In this document: piece after piece, positions 38,158-47,983 of the stretch | Numbering within the stretch: position 1 is the first letter of the stretch | How the letters are laid out: each line of letters opens with the position of its first letter | Assembly (NCBI GenBank): GCA_030697645.1 | Contig: JAUYPI010000006.1 | Span: forward strand, 12,017 to 76,016 | DNA length: 64,000 nucleotides | Direction of reading: 5' to 3' | Origin: a bacterium | Lineage (GTDB): Bacteria > Patescibacteriota > Minisyncoccia > Phycocordibacterales > VMGT01 | Program-made: the position numbers and the translations under genes | The notes under the pieces: model-generated | What the model was told of the DNA's origin: nothing | Seen by the model: the letters and a program-made list of their open reading frames with translations, nothing else | Database searches by the model: none

Positions 38158-39003
38158 ATGAAAAGTTATCGTCCCACCACCCCATCCCGCCGCGCCATGT
38201 CGGTCGTGTCATATAAAAATACGCTGACCACCGCGCGGCCGCTGAAGCCGCTCGTCCGCGGCGGCAAGCGCCACGTTGGCCGAAATAAGGATGGCCGCAT
38301 CACCGTGCGCCACAAAGGCGGCGGCCATAAGCGGCGTTTTCGCGCGGTGGATTTTAGCTACGATAAGCATGACATCCCGGCGCGGATCGAGCACCTTGAA
38401 TACGACCCGAACCGCTCCGGCTTCATTGCGCGCCTCCTCTATGCGGACGGCGAGCGGCGCTATATCCTCGCGCCGCAGCGCGCAGCAGTGGGGGATAGCG
38501 TGCTTATCTCCGAGAGCGCGTCGGTTGTGACAGGAAACAGACTGCCGCTCGGAAAAATTCCTGTCGGCGCGTTTGTCCACGCGATCGAGCTCAAGCCCGG
38601 GGGCGGCGCGCGCCTCGCGCGGTCTGCCGGAAACTACGCGGAAGTGGTTGCGCAGGAGGGCGGCTACACGCACCTCAAGATGCCTTCGACTGAAATACGA
38701 AAGGTGCTCGGGGGCGCATGGGCTTCAATTGGTGAAGTCTCGAATTCCGAGCACCGTCAGAGAGTGTTCGGCAAGGCGGGCCGTTCGCGATGGCTCGGGA
38801 TTAGGCCCACCGTGCGCGGCAGTGCGATGAACCCAGTTGACCATCCGCACGGCGGCGGCGAGGGCCGCTCCGGCCGCGGCCGACGCCGTGCGGTCTCCGC
38901 GTGGGGAAAGCCCACCGGCAAGGGCCACAAGACCCGCCGTGCGAAGAAATACTCAAACGCCCACATCATCTCGCGTCGTCGTGTTGGCAAGAAACGTGGA
39001 TGA
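38158..39003 (+). CDS. rplB: Ribosomal protein L2
   Basis: 281 aa. Canonical L2 (GRNKDGRITVRHKGGGHKR, HPHGGGEGR). Confidence 0.95.
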   Translation: MKSYRPTTPSRRAMSVVSYKNTLTTARPLKPLVRGGKRHVGRNKDGRITVRHKGGGHKRRFRAVDFSYDKHDIPARIEHLEYDPNRSGFIARLLYADGERRYILAPQRAAVGDSVLISESASVVTGNRLPLGKIPVGAFVHAIELKPGGGARLARSAGNYAEVVAQEGGYTHLKMPSTEIRKVLGGAWASIGEVSNSEHRQRVFGKAGRSRWLGIRPTVRGSAMNPVDHPHGGGEGRSGRGRRRAVSAWGKPTGKGHKTRRAKKYSNAHIISRRRVGKKRG

Positions 39004-39090
39004 CGTGTTTAGAAAGTGGAAGGTGGAAAGTGGAGAGTAGACAGCGGCAACCAAAAACGAAAACCCACTTTCTACTCTCCCGTATGTTGT

Positions 39091-39534
39091 ATGGAACATC
39101 AAACAATCGCGGTGAAGGCGATGTGTCTTTTTGAACACGAAGGTAAGGTGCTGCTCTGCCGCGGCTACGATAAAGTCAAGGACGAGCACTTTTACCGGGT
39201 ACCGGGCGGGCACGTTGAGTTTGGGGAGCGGGCGGAGGAGGCGGTACGACGCGAGATTATAGAGGAGCTCGACTCGGAGATAGAGGATCTTGTGTTCGAG
39301 CGCGTTGTTGAAAACATTTTTGAATACCAAGGGGCGCCCGGACACGAAATCGTTTTCATGTATACCGGCCGCCTCGCGAACTCCGTGCTCCACACAAAAG
39401 ATGTGATTTCCTACGCCGAACATGACGGCTCTCAACACGAGGCAGTGTGGATTCCTGCGGCGGACATCCTCTCTGGCGCTGCACGCACCTATCCGACGTG
39501 CGATTATCGTTCCCCTTTGACGCAAGGAATTTAA
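39091..39534 (+). CDS. NUDIX hydrolase
   Basis: Nudix box GGHVEFGERAEEAVRREIIEELD. ORF track start 39016. ATG at 39091 fits domain length. Confidence 0.7.
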   Translation: MEHQTIAVKAMCLFEHEGKVLLCRGYDKVKDEHFYRVPGGHVEFGERAEEAVRREIIEELDSEIEDLVFERVVENIFEYQGAPGHEIVFMYTGRLANSVLHTKDVISYAEHDGSQHEAVWIPAADILSGAARTYPTCDYRSPLTQGI

Positions 39535-40261
39535 TAAAAAGTGTTGGAAAAATATCGCGCGATTACGCTTTTTTTGTTGAGGCATATCTTTGTCTGATCG
39601 AACCAGGACGCGCACCACTCGGAAGTTTTGTTTTCTACCCCTTGTTTTTTGGTCCACTTTTTTGCAATAGCAATGCGACCGCTTTGTTATTGCAAATTCT
39701 TTAGACAGTAGACACGGTACCCCTATGCTGTACGTGAGACCCGCCCTGACAGAGTGTCGGGGCGGGTTCGGTGCAGGACACCTCCTTCCTGCTAAACCGC
39801 GTGGTGTCCGCGAGAGCGAAGACTGCGACAGAATAACTGATTTACGATAATTTACAATCGTGAATTATTGTAAATCGTATCTATGTGTCACGGCGGGTAC
39901 ATACACGGCAGTACTTGTGTAGGGTAAAGCACGCGTCGTCACGTCGTTGCGTCACGTCGTCACTATTGACGTTCTTTATTTTTTGATTGCTGGTGGGACC
40001 GAGGGCGTTCGCTCTCATCGTGTCCTTTATGTAGATACGCTAAAGGACATTGCGGTGTGTCCGATAGAAATCAATCAAAAAAGACGTAAAATTGTATGCA
40101 CGCAAACCTGACATAAAATAGGCTCGAATGTCCTTTAGAACATGCCTTTCCACCAAACAAAAAATGTTTTCTAACGATGAAAAACGCGGGTTTCTTCATT
40201 GACAGCGGTGTCTGGCTCATTAGAGTGTGGTTACTTTCGGATTGCGTCCGCTCCGTAACCT

Positions 40262-42628
40262 ATGACACAGGTAATGACCCAGTACCATCCGATTCTTCGC
40301 GCAGCATTACTTGCAGCTAGCGTGGCAGTCCTCGTGTTCGCCATGGGCTTTGCGCTGATACCGCTTGCGGCATCAGCGAATAACGGTGGCATCGTATTTC
40401 CGTCCTGCCCAATTCAGGCTGCAGAAAATCGCATCGTTGTCGCGCTCGATCCCAGTCAATTTCTCTATGGCGCGGGAAGCGAGAGTGGGCCGTTTTTGGT
40501 CAATATCCCGTCCGGTACCTACGACATTACGCTCGCGTCATTCGATAACCATTCGCAGAAAGGGGGACAGGGGCAGGAATCAGAGCGCTGGCAGCTCAAG
40601 CTCCTCGATTCCTCCGGAGTCCTTCTCGGCGTGACTGCGTTGATAAACGACCTCGCTGATGCTGACGATGTTCTTGTCGAGAAAGTGAATGAGGGGTTTA
40701 TGATTTCGGCGGACGTTGCGAAACTGCGTCCGTTCCATCCAGACGAAGGGAATAGCATCCGCCCGCTCTGCGCCGCGTTTGATCTTGTTTCGGCCGGGAC
40801 AGGGACTGATACTGGTGGCGGGACAGCCACGAATACTGCTACGACTACCACGACTATTGTTGTTACGAGTACCTCGAGCAGCACCGAGAGCAGCGCAAGC
40901 GCTGTTAATAATACTAGCACCGCTGGCGGCAGCAGCTCTGCGAGCTGTGGGGGCTGTGGGGGTATCGGCGGTGGCGGCGTCACGGTTACGCCACTCGTGG
41001 TGAGCGAAGAGCAGGCACAGTGGATAGGGAATGTTATCGTCGTTACGTGGAAGACAAATATACCGGCGACGAGCCGTGTTTATTATGGTACACAGAGCGT
41101 CGAGCCGCTGCTCCTCGACGAGCACCTGGGCTACGCGACGGGAACCATGCTCGCGACGACAACCGTGACCGAGCACACCGTGGAGATTTTAGAAGCAGAC
41201 CCAACCAAGACATACTATCTCCGTCCCGCCTCACAGGAGACGCCGGAGCAGAATTTTCGTATCACTGGTAAAGAATTGAGCCTTTTGCCCCCTGTGTCTA
41301 CTGGGCCCACCGTGGCTCCGGTTGGTGCAGGTAGCGCGACAGGGGTCGAGGCCGCCACTCTGACGAGAGTGCTTATTGAGCGGAGTGGAGCGTCACGCAC
41401 CTGTAGCGCGTATCTCACGAGCTTCATACGCCCGGGCGCGACGAACAACTACGCGGATGTGGCCAAGCTCCAACTTTTCCTCTGGCAGTATGAGGGATTT
41501 AGCGACCTCAGGATTACCGGCGTCTACGATGAGTCTACCCGCCGAGCGGTTGAGACATTTCAGATACGGTATGCAGCTGACGTACTCATTCCTTGGGGTC
41601 TGACCTCGCCGACGGGGCATGTCTATCTCACGACGCAAAAAAAGATTAACGAACTCTATTGCAGCCGCGCACTGGGCATCAAAGCTACCTTTGGACTCTC
41701 GACGGCAGCAGATGAGGAAATACAGGCCTACCGAGCTGCCCTTCAGGCGGAGCGCAGACGGCAGGGCTCGCCAACGTGGGAGCCTGCGGAGCCGCGCGTC
41801 GGGCGTGGAGAGACGCAGGGAGCTATCGGAATTTCTCGTGAACCCGCACCGGAGGAGACGAACCAAGATAAGGTCACGCAAGTTGCCCCAGCCAGAGAGA
41901 GCCGTGTGCCGCTCGTCGTGGAAGATGGCGAGGACTCTCAGGATGGCGAGACGACGAGCCCACGACCGAGTCCTTTTGACGGCGCGGCGCTCATCGTCGA
42001 GGAAATCGGTGACAAATTCGCGACCGCGACGCGAAACGGCCTTATCGGTGCCCTCTTTGCCGGATTTTCTGGCCCGTCGGCACCGACGTTTCTTGGCATC
42101 CTCTCACTTGTCCTTTTGGTTGTCGGCGCCCTGATGCTGGCTCGTTCACTCCGATCCGGCGGGCCGAACGATCCTAATCGAAAGAACACACCGCCTCCGC
42201 CCCCGCCCTTCAGTGGTTCTGGCGGTGGTCTGTCCCAGCCGCGCACTTCTTCCTCGTCCTTTGGGGAGGAACGTGGCAAGGCAACGATGCCACCGCCCCC
42301 GGTTCAAGTGCGCACCTCCGGCTCGCCGATCACTTCAGGTAGCCCATCCGCTTCGGTGTTCGAGATGCCGCCAGCAAGCGGCGTTCGGGATACCGCTCGC
42401 GTCCCTGGCTGGGGGGCCGGCCCGCAGCCTGTCGCCTCACTGCTTCGTGGGAGTGTCGGCGAGACCCTGCGCTCGCCCGTCGTCGGCCCAATTGCTTCTT
42501 CAGTGGACAAGACGGATAAGACGGCGCACACTGAAACCGTCCCGTTCCTTTCGCCTCAACCAGTTGCACGCGCCATCTCGTCAACATCTGCTTCGGCGCC
42601 GAGCAGCCGCCCACAGCCGCCGCGGTAG
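40262..42628 (+). CDS. Large cell-surface protein: signal/TM, Thr/Ser/Gly-rich low-complexity region, peptidoglycan-binding-like domain, C-terminal TM anchor, Pro-rich tail
   Basis: 788 aa. PG_binding_1-like segment DVAKLQLFLWQYEGFSDLRITGVYDESTRRAVETFQIRY. TM FLGILSLVLLVVGALML near residue 620. Candidate TTGACA-16-TAGAGT promoter at about 40199-40230. Confidence 0.55.
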   Translation: MTQVMTQYHPILRAALLAASVAVLVFAMGFALIPLAASANNGGIVFPSCPIQAAENRIVVALDPSQFLYGAGSESGPFLVNIPSGTYDITLASFDNHSQKGGQGQESERWQLKLLDSSGVLLGVTALINDLADADDVLVEKVNEGFMISADVAKLRPFHPDEGNSIRPLCAAFDLVSAGTGTDTGGGTATNTATTTTTIVVTSTSSSTESSASAVNNTSTAGGSSSASCGGCGGIGGGGVTVTPLVVSEEQAQWIGNVIVVTWKTNIPATSRVYYGTQSVEPLLLDEHLGYATGTMLATTTVTEHTVEILEADPTKTYYLRPASQETPEQNFRITGKELSLLPPVSTGPTVAPVGAGSATGVEAATLTRVLIERSGASRTCSAYLTSFIRPGATNNYADVAKLQLFLWQYEGFSDLRITGVYDESTRRAVETFQIRYAADVLIPWGLTSPTGHVYLTTQKKINELYCSRALGIKATFGLSTAADEEIQAYRAALQAERRRQGSPTWEPAEPRVGRGETQGAIGISREPAPEETNQDKVTQVAPARESRVPLVVEDGEDSQDGETTSPRPSPFDGAALIVEEIGDKFATATRNGLIGALFAGFSGPSAPTFLGILSLVLLVVGALMLARSLRSGGPNDPNRKNTPPPPPPFSGSGGGLSQPRTSSSSFGEERGKATMPPPPVQVRTSGSPITSGSPSASVFEMPPASGVRDTARVPGWGAGPQPVASLLRGSVGETLRSPVVGPIASSVDKTDKTAHTETVPFLSPQPVARAISSTSASAPSSRPQPPR

Positions 42629-42934
42629 CATGCACGGAAACTCCGGAGGCTCTTCACGCGGGTTTATCCATACGAAAAAAGACGACGCCACTCGGGAATG
42701 CCGAGTGGCGTTTGAGCTGTCTTTCACATTTCTCACGCTGTATGACTTCCACACGGAAGTCGCGGAGAACTGTTAACACATTACCCGTAATGATCCGGAC
42801 ACCCGGATCGGGATGCGTTTGAGCGATTGGGGCCCAGGCTTGCGCCTGTAGAACTTACAGCGCGAAGGAGACCTGCGGATAACTTGTTCAGCACTCAGTG
42901 TTCAACACGTGTTTGGCGCGTTGCGCGGTCTGTC

Positions 42935-44446
42935 CTAGTCGTCCACAGCGGTTGCGACGAGCGCTCCGTTCGCTGTTGCGTCTACGGGCGAGGACTTTTT
43001 TGTACCATTTGTGCCGCGACTTGTGCCACGACGGATGTCAGTGCACTCCGTGCACTCATTGAGATGCTCGAGGATGCGCTCCGTCGTCGCTTTCTTCATC
43101 CTGCCGCAGGGCATGGTGGAAATGAACTGCTTCTTGCCACTGATCAAACCGGGGGCTTTCGAAAATGCAGCGGTGTGGCCCCAGACTGCACGGAGGGCTC
43201 TGTGGTCCTCAGGAATGTCGACGAGGACGGAGACACAAGAGCGTTGGTTGTTCTCCTCTTGGAGAGCGCTGATTAACTCTCGGCTTTCATCGCGGGCGGC
43301 TTTGACCGCAGCCTCGAGTCCATCTTCAGCCTCGTTGAGCTCACCTACCAGCTCGGCTACTCTCTGCACAAACTCCTCTCTTTCCGCTGATAGTCTCGCC
43401 GCAACCCTGCTGCGGCGTCGTGCGTACCATAAACATAAAATAGTACCAACGAGCACAAACACAGCCAGCACGATCACCAACTCATGCTCGACTCGTGTCT
43501 GTTTCACTCGCGTCGCATCAAGGGTACTTTGGAGCTCCTCTTGCTCAGCAATAGCCTTCTTAATCGCGTCCTCTATCTCTTTTTTCAGCCCATCGATTTC
43601 TCCTTGTAATGTCGTGATATTCTTTGCCTGGGAGACGACTTGGTCTGCACGCTGAGTAGCCAGGTCCACGTAAGCATCATGGGCTGCCATAAGCGCCTCA
43701 AGATGCTCCGCGTAAGAAGCCTGGTTTATGCCGATGGCCTCTTTGAGATTGATGATGCTTGCCTCCGATTCAGCTAACGCCCGGCGCGTCTCCTCGAGCT
43801 CGTCCCGGCGGGCACTGTGGTCTCGGCCCATGTTTTGGAGCTCTGTCTTGAGATCAGCAGCCTTTTGCTCAGCAGTGGTACGTGCCATGTATTCCGTGCT
43901 GAGCTCCGTTGTGAGTTCAAGCACCTTGGCGAGTGTTGCGGGTGTGTCGGCGAGCGTGCCTCCACCATCGAGAACCGTAGGCAGGTTGATCGTGTAGTCC
44001 GCGCAGATCGTATTGAGATCAGTGATCTGTGGATTTTTCCTCCGCAGTGCAGAGAAATACTGCGCCCCGGTCATTGCTCCGCTGTAGTCTTGCTTAAAAC
44101 CAGACACGGTGTCACCGCGAGTAATGGTGCGCGGTTTCCAGATGTTGGGAACGCCGGCGATCACTTCTGTACGCATCTCATCCGTGAGCGGTGGGGCATT
44201 GCGCGCGCCACCACAGGACACGCGATTGGCGGTACTGTCGCCGTTCTCGATGCGTGCGGGGTTCGCTTGTACGAGCGTTCTTGAGATTACGCTTGGTTGA
44301 GGCACCCTAGTCTCAAACACCCGCGTGGCCACCTCCTCATCAAGAAATGCCACTGTCTGCGTTTGCGCCGCGATATGCGGCACTGCCACCATGAGAGTGA
44401 ATCCGAGGACCGCCATCACCGCTAGCATACTTTTCGCACTTTCCAT
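42935..44446 (-). CDS. Bitopic membrane protein: signal peptide, LysM-like domain, coiled coil, TM, cytoplasmic coiled coil plus C-terminal Cys4 zinc-ribbon
   Basis: LysM-like ITRGDTVSGFKQDYSGAMTGAQYFSALRRKNPQITDLNTICADYTINLP. TM VIVLAVFVLVGTILCLWY. C-terminal CGR...CTECTD. Start MESAKSM at 44446 (ORF track 44524). Confidence 0.5.
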   Translation of the reverse strand: MESAKSMLAVMAVLGFTLMVAVPHIAAQTQTVAFLDEEVATRVFETRVPQPSVISRTLVQANPARIENGDSTANRVSCGGARNAPPLTDEMRTEVIAGVPNIWKPRTITRGDTVSGFKQDYSGAMTGAQYFSALRRKNPQITDLNTICADYTINLPTVLDGGGTLADTPATLAKVLELTTELSTEYMARTTAEQKAADLKTELQNMGRDHSARRDELEETRRALAESEASIINLKEAIGINQASYAEHLEALMAAHDAYVDLATQRADQVVSQAKNITTLQGEIDGLKKEIEDAIKKAIAEQEELQSTLDATRVKQTRVEHELVIVLAVFVLVGTILCLWYARRRSRVAARLSAEREEFVQRVAELVGELNEAEDGLEAAVKAARDESRELISALQEENNQRSCVSVLVDIPEDHRALRAVWGHTAAFSKAPGLISGKKQFISTMPCGRMKKATTERILEHLNECTECTDIRRGTSRGTNGTKKSSPVDATANGALVATAVDD

Positions 44447-44739
44447 CGTCTCCCCTCCTCGTTTTGTTGGGAACGCATGTCGCGTTCGTTGTTTTCGCCC
44501 CGTTTCGATTAAATCAAGGAACAACCCGGGGCTTCTTCGACCCGTCCATGCCCGGTCTATGCACGATATTTCCGAGGTGCACCTTACATCCTTCTAGACC
44601 GTATGTCAAGTGACAAGACTGCAGTAATTATGGTATCCATATTTTGGTTCCGGTGTCACAGTGAAATGATTGTTGCGCCGGTTGTTCATTGAGAGTTTGG
44701 TTGTATACGTAACTCGGACACTTCACAGGGAGACAGATT

Positions 44740-45216
44740 ATGCAAATTCGTCACACGATCGTTGTACTCTCGCTCTACGGCGCTCTCGGTGCTCTTGCTA
44801 TCTCGAGCGCCTCTGCCGGCGAGCAGGGGCCATTCGGTGCCTTCAAAAGCCGTATCCGGCCTGATGCAAGCGAGCATGTGGTGCGGCAAGGGTATCTCGT
44901 GCTTGAGGAAAAAAATCGCCGAGGCGGTTTTGGTCCTGCGGAGGTCAATGTCCAGCAAAACCACTGGGGAGCCAATAATACGTGGAACGACAATCGCGGT
45001 TCCGCGATGAGTTCGAGCACTGTGGTGGGCAACCTCGACAGTATGAGCGTGAGTGGCACCGGGGACGGCTTCATACTCGAAGTTGTTGATGGAGCAACGA
45101 CCCAGGGGAATAAGGATGTCCAGCAGGAAAGCGGCGTGACGACATCAGTTGGCGGTGATGCGTCTGGCACGCAGAGTCAGCAGCGGGCAGGCGCGCACGA
45201 CAAGAAATGGAAATGA
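44740..45216 (+). CDS. Small secreted protein (signal peptide)
   Basis: 158 aa. Cleavable signal LSLYGALGALAISSASA. AGGGAGA RBS. Confidence 0.45.
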   Translation: MQIRHTIVVLSLYGALGALAISSASAGEQGPFGAFKSRIRPDASEHVVRQGYLVLEEKNRRGGFGPAEVNVQQNHWGANNTWNDNRGSAMSSSTVVGNLDSMSVSGTGDGFILEVVDGATTQGNKDVQQESGVTTSVGGDASGTQSQQRAGAHDKKWK

Positions 45217-45237
45217 CGGCTTTGGGAAGGAGACGAC

Positions 45238-46854
45238 GTGAATAGAACTCCGTGCCTCTTAGGGGTTTGGATGTTACTTTTCTTCGCGGGCTGCTCGGCC
45301 GTCGCACCGTTTTCGGAGGAGCTCGCGAAAGTGCAGGGCCCGCCGGTGCGGCCTTTGGTCGCAGGTAATGAGGTACCACAGGCAACCGCAGAGAATCCGA
45401 CGCCAGCAAACGATTGGAAGCCGCGCGATTCGATAGTGGCGGGGCTTCTCTGTCTCAGTAAAAAGTTTGAAGGGCTTTACGCGAGTGGTGTGCCCCAATC
45501 AATTTTTACTGTGGGTGACATTGCCGACAACACACATACGGTCAAATACACAGAGGAGGGAACGGGTAAATTTCTTGCGAGCTCTCTCAACCGTGTCGTC
45601 GCAGACGCCGTGAAGTTTGCAGGCGTTGCATACCGTAACTGGCTCGACCTCTCGCTCGTGCGACAGCAATATGAATTCGCGCAGCGCGGATTGTTGCGGG
45701 ATTCCTACGCCATCGTCGCTGACGAACAAGGGCGGAAGAAGGCAGTCCACCAAGGCGGTCGGCCGGTCGCACAGTTTGAGCCGGTCGACTATTTTTTCTC
45801 CGGCGGGATCGAGATGATTAATTTCAGTGGCGGCGCGTATATTGAAGCAGGGGTTGCGGCATCGACGGCGGGTTACCAACAGTACCGCTTCGATTTTTAT
45901 TCAACGCTCGAGCTGGTACGCGCGAGCGACGGCGCTCCCGTTGGATTTATCCCGCAGATTAAGGAGGTAGTTGCTGAGGAGGTTCGTGCCGGATTTGCGC
46001 GATTTTTCGGCATTTGGCTGCCCATCGTGAGCGCGGGCTATAAGCGCCACGAGAGTCTCGTTGAGGTGCAGCGCGTGGTCTTCTACTACGGCGTCTATGT
46101 GTTGCTCTCGCGCGGTTATTCCATTACGGGCTGTGACCAGTTGCTTGACCCACATGTCGTCGCGTTGCTTGGGCCGACGGATCGTGTCACGATTGCACCG
46201 ATTCGGTTGGATGATGGTTCGCCCGGACCCGGTAGTATCCAGGTTTCGAAGCGAATCAACAAAGCGGATGCCGTCGTCACCACACCTGCCGTCGCTACAA
46301 AATCCGTACCACCTGATCAAAATGCTGTTCTCGTCCGATACGGGGCCGAGATTGCGGCGCTTGATCTTCGCGTCGCGAGCCTCGAGCACACGCGCGCGCC
46401 GATCGTCACCTCCGCGGAGGAAGCCGCCGCGACCCTTGCGGTTCGCGGCGCACGGACGATCGACATCCCCGTGCCGTTTCTTGAGGGGAAGGGAGACTGT
46501 TGCGGCGCGATCCAGCTCAAACAGGTGCTGATCGCACGAGTCTTAGTCCAGGGCGGTCTCTACGAGGTGACGGGGGCGACGAGTTTTGTCTGTCCAAAGA
46601 AGGCCTCGGAGGGGTTGCGCGGGCGGTTGCTCAAAGGTCGTCTCGACGTCGTTGTTGCGGCGCTTGCGAGCGACAAGATTCCGAGTAAGCCAGTTGTCGT
46701 CCTTGAGTCAGGCGGCGGCGTGGACTCTCTACGGAATGGCCGCAGGTTAGGTACCCCCGCCCAGCATGACGCGCTCTACCAGAGCGCCGAGTGGCACGAT
46801 AAAGGGGTGACATTTATCCACCTCAAACGAAAGGAGGCCGTGGCGAAACAATAA
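45238..46854 (+). CDS. Large lipoprotein (lipobox FFAGC), GTG start with AAGGAGA RBS
   Basis: 538 aa. MNRTPCLLGVWMLLFFAGCSAV lipoprotein signal. Confidence 0.55.
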   Translation: MNRTPCLLGVWMLLFFAGCSAVAPFSEELAKVQGPPVRPLVAGNEVPQATAENPTPANDWKPRDSIVAGLLCLSKKFEGLYASGVPQSIFTVGDIADNTHTVKYTEEGTGKFLASSLNRVVADAVKFAGVAYRNWLDLSLVRQQYEFAQRGLLRDSYAIVADEQGRKKAVHQGGRPVAQFEPVDYFFSGGIEMINFSGGAYIEAGVAASTAGYQQYRFDFYSTLELVRASDGAPVGFIPQIKEVVAEEVRAGFARFFGIWLPIVSAGYKRHESLVEVQRVVFYYGVYVLLSRGYSITGCDQLLDPHVVALLGPTDRVTIAPIRLDDGSPGPGSIQVSKRINKADAVVTTPAVATKSVPPDQNAVLVRYGAEIAALDLRVASLEHTRAPIVTSAEEAAATLAVRGARTIDIPVPFLEGKGDCCGAIQLKQVLIARVLVQGGLYEVTGATSFVCPKKASEGLRGRLLKGRLDVVVAALASDKIPSKPVVVLESGGGVDSLRNGRRLGTPAQHDALYQSAEWHDKGVTFIHLKRKEAVAKQ

Positions 46855-46930
46855 GTCGGAGCAATACGCAAGGTAATTGGTTGGTAGGGAGTTAGATCAG
46901 GAAAACAGTTTTCATGGCAAGGAGTTGGTT

Positions 46931-47365
46931 ATGTTTAGGAAGATGTTTGTTGCGGTGGCAGTTGTGACGCTGGTGTTTGGTGTATTCGGGACGAGTGTGA
47001 TCGTGTTTGCGGACGACGATTGGGACGGCCTCAACTTGTCGGACATCGTTGAGACCATCGTCGACGGGGCTGGGGGCCCAACCAGCGTTGTCATAAACAC
47101 TCACTCAGAGCAGCTCGGCGAGATTTATATCCGCGAAGGCGATTTTGAGGACATCACGACCTCCAATGTCGTTTTCGGAGCCTTGCTGCTGCAGGCTCTT
47201 GATTGTGACGGTTGTCCGGAGGCCGGCTCGAGCCTAGTTTTTAACGGCTGGAGCAAGCAGAGCGCGCTCACCGTGATTGAGCACGCATCGACCGGGGCGA
47301 TCGACGTCAGCAGTGTCGTGGCAGGGGCGGCAAAAATTGTTACCGTCCCAACTCCATCACCGTAA
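46931..47365 (+). CDS. Small secreted protein
   Basis: ATG at 46931 with AAGGAG RBS. Signal peptide MFRKMFVAVAVVTLVFGVFGTSVIVFA. Confidence 0.45.
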   Translation: MFRKMFVAVAVVTLVFGVFGTSVIVFADDDWDGLNLSDIVETIVDGAGGPTSVVINTHSEQLGEIYIREGDFEDITTSNVVFGALLLQALDCDGCPEAGSSLVFNGWSKQSALTVIEHASTGAIDVSSVVAGAAKIVTVPTPSP

Positions 47366-47401
47366 CGATGGTCAAGGGCTAAGCGCGATCCTAGCGCATA
47401 T

Positions 47402-47437
47402 GAGGCCAACCCTGCAGGGGTTGGCCTCGTTTTTTTG
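47402..47437 (+). terminator. Rho-independent terminator
   Basis: GAGGCCAACCC-TGCA-GGGGTTGGCCTC followed by GTTTTTTT. Confidence 0.65.
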
Positions 47438-47983
47438 CCCGCGCTGTATGTGAAAAAGTTTATAAAGACACCCCGAGAACGAAACAAGTAGCGAGTCCGG
47501 TTCTTAATTGCTCGAGGTCTTTTGGGTAAGTCGGCTGCAGGTACGGGCACCCTTTGGTGGAATCAAATTTTAATGATCTGCAGCCGATGATAGAAAGACG
47601 GCGGGGAAGGCTGAGATGGTCTTTAGTAGAAAAGAGATTTAGTGTTGCATCCCCCGCCGCCGTATTTTGAAGGCCATTTTGGTGTATTCATCCTCTAGTA
47701 AAGTAGTAGGCTAGTTTCCAAAATGGCCTAAAGCGGAAAGAACTGGGCTATGGGCTAGAAGACAGCAGCAATGGATCGAGAAAAGAGGACTAGTGGACCA
47801 GTGCCCTAGAAATCATGGCTGCTGTCTCTTGTAGACATACTTGAACATATTTTTTCTTTTGTCAATTGACAAAATTCTCACTAGATGATAATAAAATCCA
47901 GCCAGGTTGTCTCGAACCTTTACAGGCCTCAACCTGCTCCCTGGCGGCAGGAAGGCACCTTTCACTATTTTGGAGGAACCGCA

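Noticed and set aside
39740-39800. tRNA or tmRNA-like element (GGGGCGGGTTCGGTGCAGGA)
   Set aside because: T-loop-like GGTTCGG is present but there is no acceptor-stem complement or CCA end. More likely a simple GC hairpin.
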